From: Microbotryum violaceum
Taxonomy: Eukaryota
Direction of reading: 5' to 3'
Length of the DNA: 64,000 nucleotides
NCBI GenBank assembly: GCA_001244265.2
Contig: CDLV01000016.1
Coordinates: 62,001-126,000 of the forward strand
Under the pieces are notes generated by a model. That model was not told where the DNA came from. It did no database searches and saw nothing but the letters and a program-made list of their open reading frames with translations. Positions 13,003 through 25,952 of the stretch are shown here, in pieces (position 1 is the stretch's first letter; the number at the start of each line of letters is the position of its first letter). The position numbers and the translations under genes were made by a program.

Positions 13003-15229
13003 CTCGTCTTGTGGTCGTTGTTGCACGTCTACGGCTGAAGAGGAGGGTGCTAGAGGATGAATAGCGCACTTATCTCCGTAGAAGTGGGAGAGAAGAAGGG
13101 TGTAGTAGGCGGAGGTGGGGACCGAATTGAAGACGATGATCCGCGCGGGAAAGCCAAAGAGCCGATGCCGGGACGATCACCAGCGCCGACCTCAATGGAT
13201 GATGACGAGCGGCCACCAGCGCCAAAGTGGGGCACACACAAGTGGGGACCCTCAGCCCGAGGGAAACTCACAATTGGCCGAGGAAATCGACCGAGCACTT
13301 CAAGGCGCAGGTAGATGAGGTGGGTATGTGTCGCAAAAAGTCAGCAATAGTTTGCAGTGAACAAGTTCTACTACAGTTGAGAGTACTCTGCTGCTTCTGA
13401 TCCTAATTATTAGGATCAAGATCAGATCAGATCAGATCCTATGAGAATCCTTGATGATGGCCATGACCTGCACATACCCAAGTAAGCTCAGATGATCCGG
13501 AGTAGTGCCAGGAAGGGAGGGATTTGGCCACGTGCGTAAGATGCAGGCCCCTAAACTCCGCTCTGAAACTTGCGAGGGTTGCATGGCCAAACCACCCCTC
13601 TGGACCAAGCTGAGCTCGACGGAGATCCAAGAGGTTGGGTCAAAGTATAGTGTGGTGTAAGAGTATAGTTGAAGGCTGATCTAGCTGAGATTGAACAGAA
13701 TGGGGAGGATGCCCGATGCGAGCTGAGGCAGGCGAAAAGGATTAGCTGACGATCGAGAGAGGGTTCAGCGGGCACTGCAGTCAGGAGAGGAGACGAGCAA
13801 CTCACCGAAGGAGATGGGAGCCTCGCACTGTCGGTGGGTCCTACATTTTGATTTCATGGTTGTGGATAGATGAAGCGAGAGTGTGTGTGTACCGTGTGTG
13901 TGTGGGAGTGGATGTGAGGGTGCGTGAGAGTGGCAGTGGATCTGAGATGTCGACTTTACGAAAGGACTCGAAGGTGAGGTGCGGCAGTGGGCAGCGACGG
14001 GTCAGGAGGGTCTCAACAAGTCAGACCAGAGCCGCGATGATGGAAATATTATCAGTGACCCCTCGAAGAGAGCGGGAGAGAGTGAGAGCCTAGGCCGAAG
14101 CCCCCCCACTGGCCCATAAGTTGGGCGTCATCGCGTCATCATTTCCGAATCGACCGAGTTCTCCTAGGCTTGCGGGTATCTTCAAGCAAAAGAGAAACAC
14201 GTGGTGCCGGGAACATGCGGTTCAAAGTTACGTGCGCTCTAAAGAGCAGAGAACACAACGAAAAGAAGCCAGAGGATGTCATATGCTGTAGCATCAGAGA
14301 GGCGGCGGGTGACTGGAGAAGTCTTTGAAGTTGGTCAGAGTTTTTCCAGTCGCTGGGTACTTCGTGAGAAGCGTAATAGCAGCTGCATGCAGTGAGAACT
14401 GGGCGAGTGATGGTTAGCGTCTTTATATCTGCGGAATGAAAGATTGTTGGCCGCAGGACATCTTGGGGGAACAAGCAGCCAGGCAAATCCGACACGTCCG
14501 CTGACCGTCTAGCCCCCTGTTCCCCCTGTTCCCCTTGTTAGTGAGCGCGGTAACGTTCAGCACCTCTCTCTGGTCGACCCAGGGGTAGCCACCGATCGGC
14601 CAATGTCGACTTGCCGTCGAATTGATCACATCACTTGCGCTTCCGTAGGGAATCAAGTCAGATGATCACCGAGTCAACCCCCAGAGCTTGTGGGCGTTTG
14701 ACGGAGGACCGAGCAAGGCCGGCCGGTGTGACGGCTGCTGCGAGATCCTTGACTCTCAAGTTTCCCCCCGCCATCACCCACACGCTACTTCTCGGGTTGA
14801 CACACGCACTCGCCTAGTACTCGAAAGCATTGTCGACGTGAGTACCTTCTCATCATGCATCCATATTCACGCGTCTCGCTCAGCTCCTCCCACTGTTCAA
14901 GGCTGTTCGTGAATCCAAGCGGCTGCCGCTACCGACCTCACCTCCTTTCCTCAGGTCGACTTGCACATTGGAGCATCCAGGCGTCACGCTCGCAAGCCGC
15001 CTCCGCCTCCGCCCCCGCCCGCGCATTCGCCACAGCTCAATCAGCAGACGCTACCCTCGCGACGGATACTGCCAGCAATCCTGAAGCGGCTGGGTCCGAA
15101 AGGTGATGAATTTCAAGCTGTCTAACATATCGGTGCGTAACGACGGTTTCTGCGTTGAACTCGCAATGCTTCACCGCTGGGTGACCCGCTAAAGCTTTCT
15201 TGGCCGTTTTGCCGCTGGACTGGCGCTGT

Positions 15230-16530
15230 AGACATTTCTTCGATCGCTGCGACTGCCCTAAACGAGTTTGTCTTCTGATGGTGCCACGACGATCTCCTGT
15301 ACCGCATACACCACGGTGTCCTCATGACGACTATCGGACTCACCTTGGTTGAGAGGTCCAACACTGAGGCGGAATTCGACAGTTTAAACAGCCAAAGCAA
15401 TTTGATGTGAGTGACTTTGCCGGCCCCAAGAGGAACACCTTGATGCGAATCTGAGGATTAGCTTTATTGGGGCCGGCAAAGTCACTTAGACCCACTGGTT
15501 GCTGGTCTGCTTGAAATCAGTGTCGAATTTTGCCCCAATGTCAAACCTTTCGACCATGGTGAATCCGGTGCCCGTCAGGAGGAGACCAAGGCCGGTGAGG
15601 TAGAGCAGGTCGTCATGGTACGCCCGTCGCCCAGAGAACAAAAGGCGGAGCAGGTGACAAGAAACCTGCCCAAAAGAGGAAAAACCCCACGAAGTCCACC
15701 GCCTTGACACCCCAACGTGACACTCACCAAGCAGCCGTATCCTCCTATCCTCGCAGGGACTATTCCAAGCTGAGGAACCAATGCCTCCGACCAGAGCTGC
15801 AGCATCACAAGCGTCTGCGCTCACTGTTGTCTGTGCCAATCGAGGGGAGGACGAGCCACGAGCAACGCACTAAGAACAGTGTGCGCAGACGCTCGTTTTG
15901 CTGAAGGTTTGGGAGGCATTGCGTCCTCGGCTTGGGACAGTCCCTGCGAGGATATGAGGATACGGCTGGTCGGTGAGTTTTCGGGTGTCAAGGCGGTGAG
16001 CTTCGTGGCGTTGCTCTTTTATGCGAGCCCGCTTTGTTCTGCTCCGTATGTTCTCTGGTGGTGCCTCGAGTCGTTCTTCTGTACCGCACATGCCACGGCG
16101 TCTTCGTGACGGCTGTCAGATCTACCTTGGTTGAGAGGTTCGACATTGGGGCGGAATTCGACGGTGATTTCAGACAGACAAGCAATCAGTGGGTGTTGTA
16201 GGATTGGTAGAGCACGATTGCGGTCGCCACAAGGAGAGTCAACTAGTTTCTTGCTGTGAGAATATGCGAGAAAGACACCAATGATCCGATGATTAGGTAT
16301 ATTGTGGCAAACTCACTCACATCTAAGGGATTGCCGGCGCGAAATATTTGTCGAACTTTCCAGTCCCAATGTCGAATCTCACAAGTAACGTGAACCCGGA
16401 AGCGGTCATACTGAGGCCAAGGCCTGTGCAATATGGCAGGTGTTCCTGGGTCGGCCAGAAGACGAACAGGATCGTCGAAGCGACCATAGAAGCTATCAAG
16501 GCTATTTCCGCTGCGGAGCCTCCTGCCCCT
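15230..16530. repeat. Four degenerate homologous segments in alternating orientation, including a long imperfect palindrome (arms ~15490-15828 and ~15875-16194)
   Basis: ACCCACTGGTTGCTGGTCTG at 15490 matches the reverse complement of 16175-16194; GCGTCTGCGCTCACTGTT at 15811 matches the reverse complement of 15875-15892. Further related copies lie at ~15270-15400 and ~16340-16520. Shared translated motif resembles Y.TGLGL..T..GFT.VERFDIG.KFD. Confidence 0.8.
15410..15486. repeat. Perfect 20-bp inverted repeat with 37-bp spacer
   Basis: AGTGACTTTGCCGGCCCCAA (15410-15429) and TTGGGGCCGGCAAAGTCACT (15467-15486). Confidence 0.95.
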
Positions 16531-17349
16531 CCTTCACCTCCTGCATCTCCATTCTCTCAACATTAACTCGAAACGAACACTTTGGCAAGCATCGCAAGGT
16601 TCCTCCGACCAGAAGCTTTGTGTATTGGTTCACCAAGTAACGCCGGGTCCACCAGCTCCGACTCAGTCGTCAGCTTCGTCGCTTCGTCTCCAACTCTGAA
16701 GTCCGAAGTCGCTCTCGATCTTGGGTCGAGATGGGATTTGACTTGGTGTGTTGGGAATGAGGGTTAGGAATGACGCGTTCGTTGGTAATCTGTTTAGAAG
16801 CGCTCGTCTGTTTAGTGAAGGCTGGCGATGCGCATCAACCGTTGTCTTCTCTCCGCGGTTGGATTACACGCTCGTCAGGGGCGCATGTTCAGCTTCACAG
16901 TCACTTTCGTTGCAATTAACTGACGGTTGGATTACACGCTCGTCAGTCTCTTATGTGGTAGCGTCTGTATTGCTGCAAGGTACAGATCCGCACGCAGAAC
17001 AGACGCGGCGCATATCCAAGATGGCTACGACCACGGTGGATTCTGGGTCTGCCACTCATCGCGGCCTTATGGGCGACCTGTATGGCAATGTCGATGCCAC
17101 GAATTGGGGAACGGTCAAGGATCGACTCCAACGGGTGTTGGACGGCGACGACCGGTTCAAGCACGTCACCACCGACGTCAGCGTTGGCCCAGAGCCCGAA
17201 CAGTCCGAGTTCACCCGTACGCTGGGTGGCTCCACAGTGCCCGACGTAGCCACGTTCCGTACACAACATCGGAACTACCGTCATGACGTCGACGACCTCG
17301 ATCAAGCCTTGGCGCAGGCCCGCAACATCTTATTCGTGTGCCTGGGGGA

Positions 17350-17787
17350 GGCCACGTTCGCGCGCATCGCAGACAAGTCAACGCACGAGCTGTGGGCGGC
17401 CCTCGATAAGGATCTCGGCGCCGCATCCCACGATTTCGCGCGGTCGGAGAAACTCGATGCGCTTTTTCAATACCATCAATACCAAGCTTACGTCGACGGA
17501 GACCTTCTCAATCCTTGGTTTATCGCACTTTAACCGGTTGTTCAACAATCTTGGCGCGCTGGTAGGCCTTGTCGCGGGAAACATGCGCGGCGTTGAGATC
17601 GATGAACAGCCGGTTGAAGCGCGACAACCAAGGGTCGAGAGGGTCTCCATCGACGTAAGCTTGGTATTGAAAAAGCGCATCGAGTTTCTCCGACCGCGCG
17701 AAGTCGTGGGATGCGGCGCCAAGATCCTTATCGAGGGCCGCCCACAGCTCGTGCGTTGGCTGGTCTGCGATGCGCGCGAACGTGGCC
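17350..17787. repeat. Fold-back inverted duplication of a gag segment (arms ~17350-17552 and ~17596-17787)
   Basis: The same peptide ATFARIAD..THELWAALDKDLGAASHDFARSEKLDALFQY is encoded on + (ORF 16748-17533) and on - (ORF 17520-17789). Confidence 0.95.
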
Positions 17788-18030
17788 ATGTCGTACGCTG
17801 GTCATGAGGGGATCTGGTTGCGTTGGTTGCTGGTCGATCTTGGTTTTGAGCAGACATCGTCGACTCGTCTGAGGGGTGACAACCAATCGGCTATTACTCT
17901 GGCCAAACACCCGGCTTTCTATGCTCGCACCAAACACATCGGGATCCATTTCCACTTCATCCGAGATCACATTGCGGAGGGCACAATCGCGGACGTCCTT
18001 ACTAAAGGGCTCGGGACTCCGAAGCATTAT

Positions 18031-18248
18031 TGTAACGCGTCGCTTCGCCTACGCCTCACGACGACGTCAAGCCAACAGTTACAGAAGCCAACCTCAGCGG
18101 CCTCACGCTTGCCCTCGCGCGCAGCGCCACAGCGTCTCTTGACCTTGGTCCTTTTAGTAGTCTTTCTTCGCCTGCGAATTACACCGTTTGATCCTTTCAG
18201 TTTGGACTAGGAACCAGTGAGGCTCGAGAGCGATCTCGTGCCTTTCAC
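18031..18248 (+). mobile_element. Truncated LTR of a second family inserted at the end of the copia remnant
   Basis: Starts TGTAAC and aligns over ~200 bp with the reverse complement of 56463-56663. Contains CCAGTGAGGCTCGAGAGCGATCTCGTGCCTTTCAC, also present at ~21525-21560. Confidence 0.8.
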
Positions 18249-18933
18249 AACCGTCGGCTTCTCTCCATGGTTGGATTACACGCTCGTCAGGCATGCATGT
18301 TTAGCTTCACAGTCACTTTCGTTGCAATTGACTGAAGATTGGATTACACGCTCGTCAGTCTCTCATTAATTAACTGACGGGGTTGGATTACACGCTCGTC
18401 AGTAGTCTCTTATTGTTTGAACCGCCCATGCGAAAGAGTGGAAATCACAGGAGACCTATGAGACAAAGTGAATACAACCGAACAACTGGATGTTGTTTTG
18501 GATTGGGCCAACTCGAACTTGAGTTTGAAAGAACATTTGATGCAATGATGTAGCCATTGAAGGGTCACGCTAGCTGAGATGGATGTGTCTGGCCTGTTGC
18601 AGCCTGTGTGCAATCGAATTGAACAGCCAGAACTGACTGTCAACTGAGTTGACTGAAATTCGCAAGATAGCTGGGTACATCGAAACTACTGACAACTTGT
18701 GCCTCATAGCCGCGTAAGAGATTGAGACGGAGCCTTAGCTGCACTGCACTGGTGCATTCAACCCACCACCGGCGAGGCGGCTCCATTGTCTGGCGGCTCA
18801 TCCCTCCGGCGGAAGCCGAGGCGCATTACACGTGACCGCGGAGGTTGGCAAAACGTCCCTCGCACGAGCGCGAACACTGTGCGCTCTCGAGGCTACCTAC
18901 CCTTTGCGTCAAGTGCACGCCACAGGGTACTTC

Positions 18934-20998
18934 ATGTCCATCAACCATGGACTGTCTTCAACTCTCCGGATAGTAGGTCGGTCCCTCACGATCCCTTCAG
19001 GCCTCTACGTCAACAACCAGTTTGTGAAGGGCTCAGGTACGCCCCTGTCAGTTCATTCCACTTGCACTGCCATTGAGCGATCAGGCTCCAAGAAAGCTCT
19101 CAACTAACGCTTTAATTTGCGCATGCTAGAACAACCATCGACCCATCCAACGGCCAGCCCTTGCTACCGCCATCATCGACCATCTCGACCGCCTCCTCCT
19201 CCGACGTCGACACCGCCGTCCAAGCAGCCCGTCAAGCGTTCACCAGAACATGGGGACTCAAATCCAACGGATTCCAACGATCCAACCTCCTCCGCAATCT
19301 TGCTCAACTTATCGAGCAAAAGCAAGAAGATCTCGCGCTCGTGGAGAGCTGCGATTCGGGGAAACCGATCCGATGGGCTCGTGGCGATGTGCAAGATTCA
19401 GTCGCTTGCCTGAGGTACTATGCTGGACATGCGGACAAGATCGTAGGCCAGTCGCTGGAACTGAACTATGGGACCAAGCAGTTCAGTCGCGCCCGTTTGG
19501 GAGGTATGACTCCTTCGCGGGTGTTCAGCTAAAGCTGATGTATGAAAACCCTGCTCGTCATTTTTTTTTTGTCCCATAATAACAGTTGCTTCACCAAACA
19601 TGAACCGGTCGGAGTTGTGGCCCAAATCGTACCGTGGAATTGTAAGCTCGATACTGATTTGGGTTGCAACATCCTGAGTGACCCACTTTATGCCCCTATC
19701 AACAGACCCGATTTTGATGTCAGTTCTCCGCCAAGCACTGTCCGAGATTAGAGTTCCACCCGTCCGAGTAGGGGGAGTTAATTGAATGAGGTGATGTTTC
19801 GACAGGTGGGCATGGAAAGTAGCGCCTGCCTTGGCCGCAGGATGTACGATCGTGTTCAAGCCGGCCGAAAACACACCACTTTCAACACTCTTGCTTGCGG
19901 ACCTATTCCGGCAAGCGGGTTATCCTGAGGGTGTCTTTAATGTGGTTAATGGTTCGTCCGGCAAAGCATCATCGAAAGCTTCAGCCCTTTTCTGAAGTTG
20001 CGATTTGTGGGATGCAGGGCACGGCGAAGAAACGGGCGCCGCTTTGGTGTCTCACCCGGACATCGATAAAATCGCCTTCACCGGTTCGACGGCAACAGGT
20101 CGGTTGATCGCCCTCACCGCCGCTCAATACAACCGCAAAGTCAGTCTAGAGCTCGGTGGAAAGTCACCGAATATCATCTTCCCTTCAGCCGATCTCGAAC
20201 AGGCGTCCAAGTGGGCTGCATTGGGTGGGTTCGAGAACAGTGGACAGGCTTGTTCGGCGGGGAGTAGGGTTTTGGTGCATAGGAACATCAAGGAGGAGGT
20301 CGAGAAGAGGTTGGTCAAATGTGCCAAGCAGATCAAGGTGAGCTGTGGGACCTCTTGTTCGAGGCGGTCCGTAGTTTAGGTGATTCGAGCAACTTTCTTC
20401 CAAGATCAGATTGGCCACCCACTCGACCCCGAAACATGGCAAGGCCCTCAAGTCTCCCAAGCCCAATTCGACAGCGTCATGTCCTACATACAAATCGGGA
20501 AAAACGATGGATCCAAACTCCTCTATGGTGGGGAACGTCACGGTTCCGAAGGGTACTACATCCAACCCGCCATATTCACCGACGTCTCTCCGAACTCGGT
20601 CATCGCCCGAGACGAGATTTTCGGTCCCGTCATCGCCGTGATCCCATTCGATACCGAAGAGGAGGCGATCCGTTTGGCGAATGACACCCCTTATGGACTT
20701 GCAGCGGGCGTGCATTCCAAAGATGCGGATCAGATCGCGAGGGTTTCGAATCAGTTACAGGCGGGGACAGTGTGGATCAATCAGTACTCGTATACGTCCA
20801 AGTAAGTCTCAAGCGCGTTACGAGACCGTCGCTGCTGGTTATTGACCTGGGTGAATTTGATGATCACACAGCAACGCCCCTTTTGGTGGCTTCAAAGGTT
20901 CGGGTATTGGGAGGGAACTTGGATCGTACGGGCTCGACGCGTACCTCCAAGTAAAGGCCGTACATTGGAACTATGGCGAACGGATAGATTTCCCCTGA
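18934..20998 (+). CDS. Aldehyde dehydrogenase (ALDH1/2-like)
   Basis: [47 protein letters not shown], catalytic LELGGKSP and [35 protein letters not shown]; stop at 20996-20998. Confidence 0.96.
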
Positions 20999-21468
20999 CA
21001 CGCACGGGATCCATGCATCAACACAATGTTGTATTTCAATCCAAAAGAAGCTCGTCACCGGTCTTCATCCTACCACTTCGCGGCCAGCCCTGCTTTCTCC
21101 ACGTAAGCCTCGGCAACGCAGGGAAGCTGTTTGAGCTCTTGGAGCCACTCGAAGACTCGGGGAATTCAGCCTCAAGACAGATGTGAGCAACGATGATAAT
21201 GGTCTCGTTCCTGTTGAGAGAAATGGGTTTGGCTTGGTGTGAGATGGAGATTAAGTGTGCAGAATGTGCCCCAGCAAGGGTGAAAACGGACCAAGTAGTA
21301 AAGGACAGACTCGCAATCGGAGCCAGATCAGCTGTGCAGGCTTCATCAAGACGATAGAGGGCATCCCATTCATCGATGGCTCGATTAACCCAGACATCCA
21401 TTGGGTCCGCGAGCATGCGATCAGAGGTCAAAGCGGGCTGTCATAGATGCACAGATTCAGGCAATGGG

Positions 21469-21759
21469 TGTTGAACGAGAAGAGACAAAGACGATAGAGG
21501 ATAGAGATCTACTGGACGGACGCCAGTGAAAGGCACGAGATCGCTCTCGAGCCTCACTGGCGACCTAGCTGACAGGTGCAAGTTATATGGATTGCAACTA
21601 GCTTCTGGTGTTAGCCCGATGGAGAGGGAACTGAGATATGGAACACCAGTACTCACCTAGCTTCTGGTGTCAGCCCGATGGAGAGGGAACTGAAGAAGCT
21701 AGGTGCGCGCGATCTCTATTTCTAATCCCTGTGGCCCGTAGTAAGGCGCGCGCCTTACA
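21469..21759 (-). mobile_element. Putative solo LTR with an internal ~37-bp direct repeat
   Basis: Minus strand reads TGTAAGGCGC...TTCAACA. Shares a 35-bp motif with the LTRs at 18.2 and 56.5 kb. CTAGCTTCTGGTGT(T/C)AGCCCGATGGAGAGGGAACTGA occurs twice (~21598 and ~21657). No clear TSD. Confidence 0.65.
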
Positions 21760-21959
21760 GCCAGCCTTCGGCTGAACCGAACCCTGCCGGACCGATAGGT
21801 CCATCGGTCGATCTTTTGTCGAGACTTGAAAGCAGCTGTCGAGCTACCTAGCTAACAGGCTTCGTCGGGTGCAACTTTGGATAGATAGAGCTTATAGTTT
21901 TTCGGTACACGAGCTAAAAAAAAATGCCAACAGAAAGAAACGACTGGTCATCCCGAGAC

Positions 21960-24880
<2,921 letters not shown>

Positions 24881-25952
24881 CTTGGATGGGAAGTCAAGCT
24901 CGGAGAAGGCTAATCACGCTAAGCTCGGGTCGAAGCGAGCGTAAATGCGGAGGGTAGTAGGTACAGTATGGGGAAGGTACCGGGCAGCTTTGAGCTCGGT
25001 GATGACTCGATGAGGATGGAGGTGGCAGAGGAGGAAGAGGAAGAAGGAGAAGGAACAGCGACGGTGTAGAGCTGCTGACCGCCCGGGTCCGCGTGGTCCG
25101 CGGCATCAGTCGCGGCCAGTTCGCGGCCGGTCGGGACAACCTTGTGCCGCGCCCACCCTGAGTATGCCGGCAGCGCAGATCCGACTCCGTTCCGAATTCG
25201 ATCTACACTATGACTGCTGTAAAGCTAATCGGTACGCCGCCATCGGATCTTGGTAGCTACGACTCGGTGGACCAAGACCCTGGTTCGGGGTCATAATCAT
25301 CCTCCCCGACTTGACGCTGGGCAGGCAAACGGCGCACACAGGCCAGCGGCGCCCGGACCCCAAGCTTTCGACAGCCTCTGAGTACCTGAGTCCCTCCCAC
25401 TCGGCACCATGCCATGATCATTCCGAGTTAACGAGCGTTCTGAGCGTGCCGTCAGGTGAAGCCCTGTAATGCGGTACAGGTACAGCAGGTTTTACGTTTT
25501 ACCAAGTGATAGACAAGGCCAGCTTTACCGGGTACTAGTAGTAGTATGTGCCACACTGCACCGCTTCGCGGAGTAGCTTGCAGTGCGTGCGTCGTCGACC
25601 GACCGGTCACGTGATGAGCTCGGTCACGCAGGGACTCGCGACGCGTGCCTCTGCCGTTAGAGGCTTCTTCTCCTGTCCTCTCCTGCGGCCGTCGTCCTGA
25701 GCAGACAGCATGCCCGACGCTGGGAGTCCCACCTCGTCCAGGGGTACCACTGCTGCCGACCTGCTTCCGCAACTGCCGACCCACGATGGTCACCATCACT
25801 CATCATCGCACGTGCGAATAACGCTGGCTCCCACGACCCTAATACCCAGCGCCAAAGCGTCGAGCTCTTCGTCCTCGTCGTCGCTGGCGGGTCAACCTCG
25901 CTGCGCATCGGTACCTATCGCGTCGACATCCAAGACTAACACGCTTCCATCG

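Larger units (their letters stand above)
16749..18412 (+). mobile_element. Internally deleted and rearranged Ty1/copia LTR retrotransposon
   Basis: 5' LTR ~16749-16953 starts TGTTGG and is followed by PBS-like TGGTAGCG (16956-16963). Gag-like ORF from 17021 (ATNWGTVKDRLQRVL...ARNILFVCLG...THELWAALDK). Copia RNase H end EGIWLRWLL...GDNQSAITLAKHPAFYARTKHIGIHFHFIRD...ADVLTKGL. The 3' half of the LTR recurs at ~18248-18412 with the motif TTGGATTACACGCTCGTCAG. Integrase and RT are absent. Confidence 0.9.

Noticed and set aside
13411..13441. (GATCA)n microsatellite with TAGGATC...GATCCTA ends
   Set aside because: Short simple repeat whose self-complementarity follows from the GATC unit.
13640..13858. 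Small minus-strand ORF MKSKCRTHRQCEAPISF with an intron-like gap, considered as a pheromone or peptide gene
   Set aside because: No CaaX end, signal peptide or repeats, and no recognisable homology.
16857..18402. Five copies of TTGGATTACACGCTCGTCAG as a possible CRISPR-like array
   Set aside because: Eukaryotic context, no cas genes, and the intervening sequences are themselves duplicated; explained as internal LTR repeats.
21255..21446. SQISCAGFIKTIEGIPF, vaguely like copia RT KARLVAQGF.Q.EGIDF
   Set aside because: Similarity is too weak to call by eye.
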